From: Candidatus Marinacidobacterales bacterium
Lineage (GTDB): Bacteria; Acidobacteriota; Vicinamibacteria; Marinacidobacterales; DATDRI01
DNA length: 64,000 bases
Direction of reading: 5' to 3'
NCBI GenBank assembly: GCA_965226495.1
Contig: OZ245365.1
Location: forward strand, 1,952,001-2,016,000
Below are positions 9,573 through 21,937 of the stretch, piece after piece. The translations under genes and the position numbers were made by a program. How positions within the stretch are numbered: position 1 is the first letter of the stretch; the number at the start of each line of letters is the position of its first letter. The notes below the pieces were generated by a model, which saw nothing but the letters and a program-made list of their open reading frames with translations, was not told the DNA's origin and made no database searches.

Positions 9573-10754
9573 CTATTGGCCGAGGAGGTACTTGGCGATC
9601 GTGTTGAGCTGCATGTTCGAGGTGCCTTCGTATATCTTGCCGATCTTGGCATCCCTCCAGTACTTCTCTGCCGGGAAGTCCTTGCTGTAGCCGTAGCCGC
9701 CATAGATCTCGATCACCTGCGAAGTCACGCGCTCTGCCACATCGGAGGAGAAGAGCTTGGCCATTGCCGCCTCGACGACGAACGGACGTCCCGCGTCCCG
9801 GAGCCGGGCTGCGTTGTAGACCATGAGGCGAGCCGCCTCCAGCTCGGTTGCACACTGGGCGATCTGGAACTGGATGCCTTGAAACTTGGCGATGGACTGA
9901 CCGAAAGCCTGCCGCTCCTTCGCGTAGTTGATTCCGCACTCGAGTGAGCCGCGGGCGACCCCGATCATTTGTGCGCCAATACCGATTCTCCCTTCGTTCA
10001 ACGTCTCTATGGCGATCTTGTAGCCCTTACCGAGCTCTCCAAGTACGTTGGCCTTAGGGACCTTGCAGTCATTCAAGATCAGCTCGGTGGTACTCGAGGC
10101 GCGAATCCCAAGCTTATCTTCCTTTTTTCCGACGGTGAATCCAGGGGAGTCGCGCTCTACCAGAAAGGCGGTGATGCCACGGTAGCCATCGTCGGGGTTG
10201 ATATTGGCGAAGACGATGAACAGGCCAGCCTCGGCCCCATTGGTAATCCACAACTTGTTTCCGGTCAGCCGGTAATCCTCTCCGTCCTCGAGCGCACGGC
10301 ACGAGAGCGCAAAGGCATCGCTACCCGACTCCGGTTCTGAAAGCGCGTAGGCTCCAACCGTGTCGGAGGCGAGCCGGGGTAAGTAACGCTTCTTCTGATC
10401 CTCTGAGCCGCAACGGATCAAGGCGTTGTTTACAAGGGTGTTCTGCACGTCCATGAAAACACCAAGTGATGCGTCCACGCGGGAGATCTCTTCCACCGCC
10501 AAGACCGCCATGAAAAAACTGGAGCCAGAGCCCCCGTGGTCTTCCGGGATCTCGATCCCCATCAATCCGAGCTCGAAGAATTTCGGGATGAGGGAGGGTT
10601 CGAACGCCGTTTCGCGATCCATGGTGGAGACCAGTGGGCCGATTTCTTTCTCGGCGAACTCTCGCACTATGTCACGAAATATTTCTTCCTCTTCGGTGAG
10701 GACGGTGAGGGCTCGTTGGGCGTTCTCGGCGGAGATTTGAGTGTCGGTGCTCAT
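9573..10754 (-). CDS. Acyl-CoA dehydrogenase (short/branched-chain type)
   Basis: YALSEPESGSDA, KLWITNG, KLGIRASST, GGYGY, KIYEGTSNMQ. Confidence 0.93.
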   Translation of the reverse strand: MSTDTQISAENAQRALTVLTEEEEIFRDIVREFAEKEIGPLVSTMDRETAFEPSLIPKFFELGLMGIEIPEDHGGSGSSFFMAVLAVEEISRVDASLGVFMDVQNTLVNNALIRCGSEDQKKRYLPRLASDTVGAYALSEPESGSDAFALSCRALEDGEDYRLTGNKLWITNGAEAGLFIVFANINPDDGYRGITAFLVERDSPGFTVGKKEDKLGIRASSTTELILNDCKVPKANVLGELGKGYKIAIETLNEGRIGIGAQMIGVARGSLECGINYAKERQAFGQSIAKFQGIQFQIAQCATELEAARLMVYNAARLRDAGRPFVVEAAMAKLFSSDVAERVTSQVIEIYGGYGYSKDFPAEKYWRDAKIGKIYEGTSNMQLNTIAKYLLGQ

Positions 10755-10776
10755 GGCAGCCTCGGGCGGTAAAGGT

Positions 10777-12942
<2,166 letters not shown>

Positions 12943-13103
12943 CCATGCCCCCTCTCCAAAATGCTGTCCCGCCGTTTCCAGGTCGAGGAATCGGCGACGT
13001 TCCCCACCTTCAACCCCACTCTCTCGATCGTGTCACGGCCGACGCCTTTTCTGGCCGCTGTCGAAAGGAGAGGCTCCTGTTGCTAGCCGGTGCGAAGAAC
13101 AGG

Positions 13104-13207
13104 TAGTGCCGTTCCAACCAATCTCGCCATGCACGACGGTGCCGCCTGGCTGCGCTAACGGTGACCTTGAGTTTGACTCTAGGTCGAAAACAGTTGGAAC
13201 GGTACTA
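13104..13207. mobile_element. Putative 104-bp MITE-like element with 15-bp terminal inverted repeats
   Basis: TAGTGCCGTTCCAAC (13104-13118) and GTTGGAACGGTACTA (13193-13207) are reverse complements with one mismatch; TA at both ends; internal hairpin GACCT..AGGTC. Confidence 0.5.
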
Positions 13208-13343
13208 GCAGCAAACCGCGAACCGATGGAATGGACAGCTCAAGCGTTCTCCATTCGCAGGAACATTATATATGAATCGACGAACCGGATTACTAGAGGA
13301 AGGTGACTCTCGACTTACCGATCGGTAAGCCAAATGGCTTTTG

Positions 13344-14552
13344 CTAGGCCGGCTTGAGGTCTGACAGTGCGAATCCGCGGAAGGAGATGAGACGTTCGAT
13401 GGACTCGTCGACCTTGACATCGGGCGTGGAGGCACCCGCGGTGATGCCGATAGTCAATCCTCCACTGCCCAACCAGTCCCGCGTCACCACTTCTTCAGCT
13501 TCATGAACTGGCTTGTGGTGAATCTCAGCAGGCGAAACGAGGCACATCGAGTCGGCGATGTGGTAGGTCGGCGAGTACTCGGCGGAGATCTCGGCGAGGT
13601 GGGTCGTATTGCTGCTGTTGTAACCGCCCAGTACCAACATCAGGTCGACCTTTTCTTGCATCAGTTCTATGATGGCGTCCTGGCGCTCTTGGGTGGCGCT
13701 GCAGATGGTGTCGAAGGAGCGGAAGCGTTCGGCGACCTCCGATTCCCCGTAGCGGCGAGCCATCGACTTGCGAAGGTCCTCCCCGATAGCAAGAGATTCC
13801 GAACTGAGCATCGTTGTTTGATTGGCCAGTCCGATCCTTTGCAGGTCGCGGACAGGGTCGAAATCGGATGAGCAAGCCGAAGCGAACTTCTCGAGGAAAC
13901 TGGTTGCGCTACCTCCGTGCTCGATATACCGGCACACCTCGTGCGCCTCGTCCATGTCTCGCACCACGAGAAAGTGGCCTCCCGGGAAACAAGAGGCGCG
14001 CGATACCGTCGCCTTCGTCTCCTCGTGCCAGTACTTGCCGTGGACGATCGAGGTAAAGCCGCTGCGGGCGTATCGCTCGACGTTCTTCCAAACGTTCAAG
14101 ACGGAGCCGCACGTGGTGTCTACCAAGACGCAGCCTCGTTCCTTGAGAATATCCATTTCCGTTGTGCTGACACCGAAGGCGGGCAGCAGGACCACATCGT
14201 CCCCCGTCACCGGCCCGAACTTTTCAGGGGTTCCGTAGGGTCCATCCAAGAAACGGATGCCCATCTCCTCGAGCCGGCGGTTGACGTACGGATTGTGGAT
14301 GATCTCCCCGGTTATGTAGATGTCACGGTCGGGGAATCGGGTGCGGGCCTCGTAGGCGTATTCCACCGCACGATCCACGCCATAGCAAAAGCCGAACTCC
14401 TTGGCGAGGCGAATGGTTAAGTCTCCAGCCTGTAAACGGTAATTGTTGGCGCGGGCCAGATCGACGATCCAACCCTTGTAGTCCTTCTCGAGGGGGCCCT
14501 TCACCTGGGACTTCAAGCCCAAGCCCTTTTGGAAAATCTTCGTTTCCGCCAT
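13344..14552 (-). CDS. ispH: 4-hydroxy-3-methylbut-2-enyl diphosphate reductase
   Basis: FGFCYGVDRA, EIIHN, DTTC, HEET, NQTT, DTICSATQERQ, SSNT, TAGASTP. Confidence 0.95.
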   Translation of the reverse strand: MAETKIFQKGLGLKSQVKGPLEKDYKGWIVDLARANNYRLQAGDLTIRLAKEFGFCYGVDRAVEYAYEARTRFPDRDIYITGEIIHNPYVNRRLEEMGIRFLDGPYGTPEKFGPVTGDDVVLLPAFGVSTTEMDILKERGCVLVDTTCGSVLNVWKNVERYARSGFTSIVHGKYWHEETKATVSRASCFPGGHFLVVRDMDEAHEVCRYIEHGGSATSFLEKFASACSSDFDPVRDLQRIGLANQTTMLSSESLAIGEDLRKSMARRYGESEVAERFRSFDTICSATQERQDAIIELMQEKVDLMLVLGGYNSSNTTHLAEISAEYSPTYHIADSMCLVSPAEIHHKPVHEAEEVVTRDWLGSGGLTIGITAGASTPDVKVDESIERLISFRGFALSDLKPA

Positions 14553-14763
14553 GGAGGCTCAAGTATAGCTGCTTTATTCGCGCGGCGCGAGGTACTCGAG
14601 CACGCCGCCACCACCGGGGGGTTCCGGAGAGCGTCTCATCGACCTCGCGGTCGGCCAACTCTTGGCGTCAACATACGACGGTGCCGGTCATCGGCCTTGG
14701 TCATATAGTAGCGGCCTGCCAGTCTTGAAGTTATAATCAACGATGATCGGAGGAGGGTAGCTG

Positions 14764-15114
14764 ATGCAAGACGTTTTGATCACCGGGCCCCGCAAGAAAC
14801 AACCCAAGATGCTGGCATTTGTCGACCAAGGGAAGTGCTTTGGACGGGGATGCGAGTTTTGTATCAACGTTTGTCCGGTGAAGGACTGCATCACCCTCGT
14901 TCCGGATCCTGAGCCCGGTACGGTCGGGGAGGTCTGCGACGTGAACATGGACACCTGCATCGGCTGCCAGCTTTGTGTGAAATTCTGCCCGCCCGATTAC
15001 GATGCGGTCCACATGTTTCCCCACGACAAGGGAATGGAGCTGGCACAAGAAGAAGTTCGGACCTACGAGTATCGCCAGTACAACAAAAAGAAGGGCGGGG
15101 CCCTACCTGGCTAG
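14764..15114 (+). CDS. 2x[4Fe-4S] dicluster ferredoxin-like protein
   Basis: CFGRGCEFCINVCP and CIGCQLCVKFCP; strong RBS GGAGG. Confidence 0.8.
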   Translation: MQDVLITGPRKKQPKMLAFVDQGKCFGRGCEFCINVCPVKDCITLVPDPEPGTVGEVCDVNMDTCIGCQLCVKFCPPDYDAVHMFPHDKGMELAQEEVRTYEYRQYNKKKGGALPG

Positions 15115-15220
15115 TTCCCGTCCCGCTGCAACAGGCTCTTCCGGCTTCATCAACGGGCGCGACCTTTTCACGCGTTCCAGCGCTTCTGGGCAGGCGGAAC
15201 AAGTGTAGTGTTTCCAGAAG

Positions 15221-15249
15221 TTGACCCTCCTATCGGCGCGTGCTAACTT
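15221..15249 (+). promoter_or_regulatory. Putative sigma70 promoter of uvrB-mla operon
   Basis: TTGACC-N17-TAACTT with TG just upstream of the -10. Confidence 0.5.
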
Positions 15250-15302
15250 CCGGAGTTGTTCAGCGAGTCAACCGGGCACTAGGCACCAACCAACAATCGT
15301 CG

Positions 15303-17354
15303 ATGTCGGTCTCCCAGACGGTACCAAAAGCGAAGCCTGGAGATTTTCGCCTGGTCTCGGAGTTCGAGGCCAAGGGTGATCAACCCCGCGCCATCGGAGA
15401 GCTCGTCGCCGGACTGAACCGCGGAGACCCGTACCAAGTCCTCTTGGGGGTCACGGGCTCCGGCAAGACCTTTTCCATCGCCAAGGTCATCGAGGCGGTA
15501 AACCGACCCACCCTGGTGATTGCCCACAACAAGACCTTGGGGGCGCAGCTCTACCAGGAGTTCCACGCGTTCTTCCCCGACAACGCGGTAGAGTATTTCG
15601 TCAGCTACTACGACTATTACCAGCCGGAGGCCTACGTCCCGACGACCGATACCTATATCGAGAAAGAGGCAACTATCAACGACGAGATCGACCGTATGCG
15701 GCTTTCCGCAACCCGGTCGTTGTTCGAGCGGCGAGACGTGCTGATCGTCGCCAGCGTCTCGTGCATCTACGGACTGGGCTCTCCCGAGGCCTACTACGGC
15801 ATGCTCCTGGTCGTCGAGGAGGGAGAGACCGTTGATCGCTCGAAGATCCTCAGAAAGCTCGTCGAGATTCAATACGAACGCAACGACTACGATCTGAAGC
15901 GGGGAACGTTCCGTGTTCGGGGCGACGTTATCGAGATCATCCCAGCACATGAGGATTCGGGCGTCAGAATCGAGCTATTCGGAGACGAGGTCGAGTCCAT
16001 ATCGCAGATCGATCCACTTACCGGGAAGGCCTTGGGGGCTCTGAAGAGAGTCGTCATCTATCCCAAGACCCACTACGTGACGCCCCGTGAAAGAACGGTG
16101 CGAGCCATCGAGACGATTCGGGAGGAGCTCGATGCGCACACCGCGACGCTCCGTTCCGAGGGCAAGCTTCTAGAAGCTCAACGAGTCGCGCAGCGCACCC
16201 TCTTCGATTTGGAGATGCTTCAGGAAGTCGGCTATTGCCACGGCATCGAAAACTACTCGCGGCATCTCACCGGTCGACAACCAGGGCAACCACCGCCCAC
16301 CTTGATGGACTACTTTCCGCGGGACGTTCTGATCGTCATTGATGAGAGTCATCAAACGATCCCTCAGCTTCGCGGCATGTATCACGGCGACCGCTCGCGC
16401 AAGGAAACGTTGGTGGACTACGGGTTCCGACTGCCGTCTGCCTTGGACAACCGACCTCTCAACTTTGGAGAGTTCGAAGAGCGCTTGGGGCAGGTGATCT
16501 TCGCATCTGCCACACCCGCCGCGGCACAGCTCGAGAAGACTGAGGGGGTGGTTGTCGAGCAGATCATTCGTCCCACCGGCCTCATGGATCCCCAAGTCGA
16601 AGTTCGTCCGGTCAGCGGGCAGGTAGACGATTTGCTCCACGAGATTCGCGAACGGGAGAAACGCAAGGAACGAGTTCTGGTGACTACGCTGACGAAGAGG
16701 ATGGCCGAGGATCTGAGCGAATACTACACCGAGCTCGGGGTCCGTTGCCGCTATCTCCACTCTGACATCGATACTCTGGAGCGCATGAAGATCCTTCGCG
16801 ACCTACGCTTGGGAGAATTCGACGTTTTGATCGGAATCAACCTGCTTCGCGAGGGTCTCGACCTTCCGGAAGTTTCGCTGGTTGCGATTCTGGATGCCGA
16901 TAAAGAGGGCTTCCTGCGGTCGGAGGGGTCCCTGATTCAGACGATGGGCCGCGCTGCCCGAAACGTCAACGGTACCTCTATCCTTTACGCAGATAAGGTC
17001 ACGGACTCGATGCAGCGGGCCATGTCCGAGACCAGTCGTCGTCGCGAGCGCCAGCAGGAATACAACATCCAGCACGGGATTACGCCCGAAACGATCGTGA
17101 AATCCATCGGCGCCGTCTTCGGCAGCGTGTACGAGCAGGACTATCCCGCGATCCCGTCAGTCGCCGAGGGAAGACCGGACCTTGGGACAGCCGAAGAACT
17201 CGAGAGAGAGATCAAGAAGCTGAACAAAGCGATGAAGCGGGCCTCTCAGCAGCTTGAATTCGAAAAGGCGGCCGAGATCCGTGACAAAATCAAGGAGCTT
17301 CGGCAACTCGAGCTCTTCGATGACTTGATGCCTGAGAAACCATGGAAGCGGTAA
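15303..17354 (+). CDS. uvrB: Excinuclease ABC subunit B
   Basis: [48 protein letters not shown]-terminal FEKAAEIRD. Confidence 0.97.
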   Translation: MSVSQTVPKAKPGDFRLVSEFEAKGDQPRAIGELVAGLNRGDPYQVLLGVTGSGKTFSIAKVIEAVNRPTLVIAHNKTLGAQLYQEFHAFFPDNAVEYFVSYYDYYQPEAYVPTTDTYIEKEATINDEIDRMRLSATRSLFERRDVLIVASVSCIYGLGSPEAYYGMLLVVEEGETVDRSKILRKLVEIQYERNDYDLKRGTFRVRGDVIEIIPAHEDSGVRIELFGDEVESISQIDPLTGKALGALKRVVIYPKTHYVTPRERTVRAIETIREELDAHTATLRSEGKLLEAQRVAQRTLFDLEMLQEVGYCHGIENYSRHLTGRQPGQPPPTLMDYFPRDVLIVIDESHQTIPQLRGMYHGDRSRKETLVDYGFRLPSALDNRPLNFGEFEERLGQVIFASATPAAAQLEKTEGVVVEQIIRPTGLMDPQVEVRPVSGQVDDLLHEIREREKRKERVLVTTLTKRMAEDLSEYYTELGVRCRYLHSDIDTLERMKILRDLRLGEFDVLIGINLLREGLDLPEVSLVAILDADKEGFLRSEGSLIQTMGRAARNVNGTSILYADKVTDSMQRAMSETSRRRERQQEYNIQHGITPETIVKSIGAVFGSVYEQDYPAIPSVAEGRPDLGTAEELEREIKKLNKAMKRASQQLEFEKAAEIRDKIKELRQLELFDDLMPEKPWKR

Positions 17355-18124
17355 TCAGTGGCGCTTCGGTGCGCCTCAAACGTACGATTCTCGGTATCCA
17401 AGAGTTCACACTCTTGTCTTTCCGCGCGTTCCGAAATCTTTTTTCTCCTCCCCGGTATTGGAAGGACACTTTCGATATGATGGATATCATCGGGGTAGGC
17501 TCGGTGACCATCGTTTGTCTGACCGGACTATTTACCGGAATGGTACTCACCGTGCAAAGCTCCGCCACTCTAGACGCCTTTGGCGCGCGACCTTACGTGG
17601 GACGGATGGTTTCACTTTCGATGATTCGCGAGCTGGGACCGGTCCTGACATCCCTGATGGTTGCCGGCCGAGTCGGCTCCGGTATGGCTGCCGAGCTCGG
17701 CTCGATGGTCGTGACCCAGCAGATAGATGCGATGCGTTCCCTGGGCACCGATCCCATCCGAAAGTTGGTTACCCCAAGGATGGTGAGTGGGCTGGTGATG
17801 GTTCCGGTTCTGACCATCTTGTCGGATGCGGTCGGAATGTTGGGGGGATTCTTGGTAGCGCGCTTTACGTTACGCTTGGCCACCGAGTTCTACTGGCACT
17901 CCGCGGTCGATGCCATTCGGATGCAAGACATCTCGATGGGGCTCATAAAACCATTTGTCTTCGGGTACATTATTGTTGCGGTCGGATGCTATGTGGGACT
18001 TGGTACGCGCGGTGGAACCCAGGGGGTGGGCGTTTCGACGACACGCTCGGTGGTGATGGCCTCGGTTTTGATTCTGGCTGCTGACTATATCCTCAACTTA
18101 CTCATCCTTCACTTCGTTTACTAG
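17342..18124 (+). CDS. mlaE: MlaE-family ABC permease
   Basis: [41 protein letters not shown]. Confidence 0.9.
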   Translation: MEAVISGASVRLKRTILGIQEFTLLSFRAFRNLFSPPRYWKDTFDMMDIIGVGSVTIVCLTGLFTGMVLTVQSSATLDAFGARPYVGRMVSLSMIRELGPVLTSLMVAGRVGSGMAAELGSMVVTQQIDAMRSLGTDPIRKLVTPRMVSGLVMVPVLTILSDAVGMLGGFLVARFTLRLATEFYWHSAVDAIRMQDISMGLIKPFVFGYIIVAVGCYVGLGTRGGTQGVGVSTTRSVVMASVLILAADYILNLLILHFVY

Positions 18125-18936
18125 TGAGCCCATCCGCCCCCGTCATTTCCTTCCGCAGTGTTTACTACGCCTATCCTGAGGCGGAGGAATACGCTCTCGA
18201 AGACATCACGTTCCAGATCCCTGCGTCTGGCACCGAGATCATCCTCGGTGGAAGCGGATCCGGGAAGTCGACGATCCTCAAGCTGGTTTTGGGCCTGATC
18301 AAGCCTGAATCGGGTTCGATCCAGATCGACGGTGTCGAGATCGCCGATATGAAAGAACTTGATCTGATGGCGATCCGCTCCAAGATCGGAATGGTTTTTC
18401 AAGAAGGAGCCCTGTTCGATTCTCTCACCGTGGCGGAGAACGTCGGGTTTCGGCTGCGCGAGCACGACAAATTGCCGGAGGAAGAGTTCGAGGACAAAGT
18501 CCGTGCGATGCTCGGATTCGTAGAACTGGACGAGTTTTATGATCGGATGCCGTCGGAGCTCTCGGGTGGTCAGCGGCGCCGGGTGGCGGTGGCTCGAGCC
18601 ATGGCGCACCGACCGGAGTTGATTCTCTACGACGAGGCAACAACCGGCCTCGACCCCATCACCGCCCGCACGGTCTGTGACCTCATTGTCAAGTTACGAG
18701 ATCTTGAAGGAGTCACGACGGTGCTGGTTACGCACCAGCTACGGGACGCGTTTCAGGTTGCTCAGAGTTTCGTCTTCATGCAGAACGGCGAGATGGCATA
18801 CAACCATATCGACGACCTAGACTTTCTAGTGGGCACCGAGTTCGTTGTCCTCAATGAGGGGCGGTCTGTTTTTCGAGGACGGCAGAAAGAGCTCTGGGAA
18901 ACGTCGGACGATTACGTAAGGAAATTCCTGTCCTGA
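18124..18936 (+). CDS. mlaF: MlaF-family ABC ATPase
   Basis: GGSGSGKS, FQEGALFDSL, LSGGQRRR, LYDEATTGLDP. Confidence 0.9.
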   Translation: MSPSAPVISFRSVYYAYPEAEEYALEDITFQIPASGTEIILGGSGSGKSTILKLVLGLIKPESGSIQIDGVEIADMKELDLMAIRSKIGMVFQEGALFDSLTVAENVGFRLREHDKLPEEEFEDKVRAMLGFVELDEFYDRMPSELSGGQRRRVAVARAMAHRPELILYDEATTGLDPITARTVCDLIVKLRDLEGVTTVLVTHQLRDAFQVAQSFVFMQNGEMAYNHIDDLDFLVGTEFVVLNEGRSVFRGRQKELWETSDDYVRKFLS

Positions 18937-18976
18937 TCTCTTTCAGGAATTCTCACCAGGAGCGGAGGAAAGCGTC

Positions 18977-20035
18977 ATGCCAACGAAGAAGACAATTAGC
19001 TACTCCCAGTTGCGAGTGGGCATCGTAGTTCTTATCGCGCTGGGTATATTCCTGTTCACCACGCTCTACATTACGCGCCAGGGGGGACTGCCATTGTTCG
19101 GTGGGCAGTACACTCTTTACAGCTATCTCGGCGATGTGAATGGGCTGAAGGCGGGTGCTCCTGTCCACCTATCCGGTGTGGAAGTGGGTTCGGTGACGCG
19201 AGTCGCGTTTGCGTCGCCGGAAGCACCTAGGCCGGTCCAAGTAACCATCAAGCTGCGAAGTGACATACACGACAGAGTGACTACGAGCTCACAGCTCAGT
19301 GTAGGTAGCCTCGGAGTCCTGGGCGAGAAAATGGTGAACATCGACTCCGGGCCAGCCGGTGGTGACCCGATTCCGGATGGAGGCGTGCTCGAGGGAGAGG
19401 CCGGCGACCCAATCAAGGGAATTATCACCGATGCCTCTCAAACCATGAAAGACGTCCGAGACTTAATGTCCAACATTCAGGAGGGCAAGGGATCGTTGGG
19501 CCAGATCCTGAAGGGTGAAGAGTTTCATCAACGGCTCTCGGATTTCATCGCTCGGGCGCAGGAGGTCTTCGGTCGAATGAACAGCGGAGACGGTACTCTG
19601 GGCAAGCTGCTCAACGACCCGGAGGTGTACAACAACCTGAAGGAGCTCACGTCAGGATTGAATGACGTCGTGACCAAGATTAGGGACGGCGAAGGTGGCC
19701 TCGGCAAACTGGTGAATGATACAGGGACCGCTGATTCTCTGAGCAACATGTTTCGGCAGCTCGACGTCGTCACGGCTCGCTTGGCCGAAGGAGAAGGCTC
19801 AATCGGTGCGCTAATCAAAGAGCGGGAGTTCTATGACAGTCTCAATGCCCTGTCCGGCAACCTAGACAGCATCACCGCGCGCGTGGAAAAGGGGGACGGG
19901 ACGTTGGGGCAGCTCGTCCAGGACCGCGAGCTCTACGACAACATAAACGGTACGGCTGGAGAGCTGCAGGGGTTGCTCAAGGACATCCGTGCGGATCCCA
20001 AGAGATACCTTCGGATCAAGGTGAGCTTGTTCTAG
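18977..20035 (+). CDS. MCE/MlaD-family protein with long helical repeats
   Basis: N-terminal TM, GLKAGAPVHLSGVEVGSV, GVLGEK, repeated GxGTLGxL helices. Confidence 0.88.
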   Translation: MPTKKTISYSQLRVGIVVLIALGIFLFTTLYITRQGGLPLFGGQYTLYSYLGDVNGLKAGAPVHLSGVEVGSVTRVAFASPEAPRPVQVTIKLRSDIHDRVTTSSQLSVGSLGVLGEKMVNIDSGPAGGDPIPDGGVLEGEAGDPIKGIITDASQTMKDVRDLMSNIQEGKGSLGQILKGEEFHQRLSDFIARAQEVFGRMNSGDGTLGKLLNDPEVYNNLKELTSGLNDVVTKIRDGEGGLGKLVNDTGTADSLSNMFRQLDVVTARLAEGEGSIGALIKEREFYDSLNALSGNLDSITARVEKGDGTLGQLVQDRELYDNINGTAGELQGLLKDIRADPKRYLRIKVSLF

Positions 20036-20052
20036 GGCCGTCTGGCCAACGA

Positions 20053-20784
20053 CTAGTTGGTGCGGTCCGGACTGGGGGCAGGTTGACGCTCTTGCTCGTC
20101 GTGGCGGCGAAGCGCCTCCATCATGAACTCAGTTGTCGAACGTACCGACTGGATGTTGGAGCGTATGTTCGAGTGCACGAAGTTGAAACGGCCCCGGCGC
20201 AGCGGGATGAGCCGATAGACGGCCTCCTCGCCTTGGTGCGGGCCCGTGAATCCGCCACAAATGTATCCATCCAGCAGGTGAATCTCACCGGTGGCTTCCT
20301 CGGTGTCGATGCGTAGTACGCCGGTAGCCTGGTTCGCTTCCAGCAGTTGAAGGATATCGGTGGTCTTGAAGTGAGAGAGATCTCCGGACAGCTCTCCTTG
20401 CTCGTTTCGTTGGTGAGCCTCGATTTGAGTTCGACAACGCCGGACGAGCTCCTTCATGCTGAACGGTTTGAGCAGGTAGTCGTCGGCGCCGGCGTCTAGA
20501 CACGCGAGCCGGTGTTCGGGCGTGGAGTCCCCGGATACCAGTATCAGCGGGAGGTTGTCGAATCCGTGCCCGGCCCGAAGTGCCTTGCTGAAGGCGAGCC
20601 CGTCCATTTCGGGGAGATCGTTCTCACAAAGTACGAGGTCGGGCGTCTCCCGGCGAACCGCTGGGAGCGCCTCCCGGGCGTCTCGAAAGGCAGCGACGTC
20701 GAAGTCAGACTTCGCGAGGTACTGCTGGAGGACGCCGCTCAGGTCGGGATTCGGCTCAATGATAAGGATACGGTAGCGCGCCAT
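20053..20784 (-). CDS. Response regulator receiver + DUF4388 domain protein
   Basis: Receiver (RILIIE, PDLVLCE, GADDYLLKPF) followed by LSGDL...DILQLL...TGVLRI...FMMEALRRHDE. The phosphoacceptor position reads Glu (LCEND), so it may be atypical. Confidence 0.82.
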   Translation of the reverse strand: MARYRILIIEPNPDLSGVLQQYLAKSDFDVAAFRDAREALPAVRRETPDLVLCENDLPEMDGLAFSKALRAGHGFDNLPLILVSGDSTPEHRLACLDAGADDYLLKPFSMKELVRRCRTQIEAHQRNEQGELSGDLSHFKTTDILQLLEANQATGVLRIDTEEATGEIHLLDGYICGGFTGPHQGEEAVYRLIPLRRGRFNFVHSNIRSNIQSVRSTTEFMMEALRRHDEQERQPAPSPDRTN

Positions 20785-20810
20785 AGACGCATCGTCGGGT
20801 TGCACTGACC

Positions 20811-20840
20811 ATTGTAAGGAGCGGGCCGAAGTCCTGTCAA
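20811..20840 (-). promoter_or_regulatory. Putative sigma70 promoter of the response regulator gene
   Basis: Minus strand TTGACA (20840-20835) N18 TACAAT (20816-20811); supports start at 20784. Confidence 0.55.
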
Positions 20841-20981
20841 ATGTGATAGAAAGGAGTTTGATGGCCTCGATCGGCAATGATAAACTGATTAAATTGCTAC
20901 CTCTGCTAGCACTTTGCTGCGGTCGCCTGAGCGTCAACAGCCGTCAGGAGAGCGGAGAAGGCGATCGTAGTAAGTGAGCCC

Positions 20982-21743
20982 ATGATCGAAAGTTTTGGAG
21001 TCACCGATATCGGTAGGCGCCGCCAACTGAACGAAGATGCCATGCTCATCGACGACAAAGCGGGCCTCTACGTTGTCGCCGACGGCATGGGTGGACACAA
21101 TGCCGGCGAGGTCGCCTCTCAATTGGCGGTCGAGACAGTCTCCAATTTCGTCGGGCGCTCCGGCCATGACGAAGAGATCACGTGGCCGTATGGAGTGGAC
21201 CCCGCGATTTCCATCAACGCGAACCGTCTCCGAACCGCCATCATGCTCGCGAACAAGCGAGTATGGAAAGAGGCTGACAATCGTGAAGACTATACCGGTA
21301 TGGGGACTACCATCGTCGGGGGGCTCGCCGAAGACGCGAGTTTGATCCTGTGTGGAGCAGGTGATAGTCGGGCTTACCGATTCCGCGGGGTTGCCCTCGA
21401 CCAGATTACGGTCGATGACTCGTGGGTGCAGGTAGCTTTGAGCGAAGGACTCCTCCAGGCAGAGGAGGCCGAAAACCATCCGATGAAGAACATAATCACC
21501 AAAGCGGTAGGGGCAAAGCAGAACATCGACTTGACCGTACACGAGGAGGTTCTGGAGGACGGAGACCTCTACCTTCTTTGCACCGACGGGCTTCATGGAA
21601 TGCTGAATCACGCGGGAATCGTCGAGATTCTGACTGCCAAGAAGGCCAACCTAGAAGAAGCAGTCCAGGGGCTCGTAGCCGCCGCCAACGAGAACGGCGG
21701 AAAAGACAACATCACCGCAGTCGTGGTTCGCTACAGCAAGTAA
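20982..21743 (+). CDS. PP2C-family Ser/Thr phosphatase (Stp1/IreP type)
   Basis: TDIGRRRQLNED, VADGMGGH, GMGTT, GDSRAY, LCTDGL, GGKDNIT. Confidence 0.93.
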   Translation: MIESFGVTDIGRRRQLNEDAMLIDDKAGLYVVADGMGGHNAGEVASQLAVETVSNFVGRSGHDEEITWPYGVDPAISINANRLRTAIMLANKRVWKEADNREDYTGMGTTIVGGLAEDASLILCGAGDSRAYRFRGVALDQITVDDSWVQVALSEGLLQAEEAENHPMKNIITKAVGAKQNIDLTVHEEVLEDGDLYLLCTDGLHGMLNHAGIVEILTAKKANLEEAVQGLVAAANENGGKDNITAVVVRYSK

Positions 21744-21937
21744 GTGTCTGACTCCGACGCGCAAACGCTTCGCGCCTTCGTGGCTCTTCGTAATTGCGCC
21801 CTCACTCCTCGTTCGGGCGCTGGCCGCTACGCCGCCTTCGCGGCTGCGCGGCGGCTGAGGGCTCACCCGGCCGGCGGGCCTTCGGCCCTCTGCTGGATCT
21901 AGCGGTGTCGTCCTATACTCAAACTAAGCGGCCGTCT

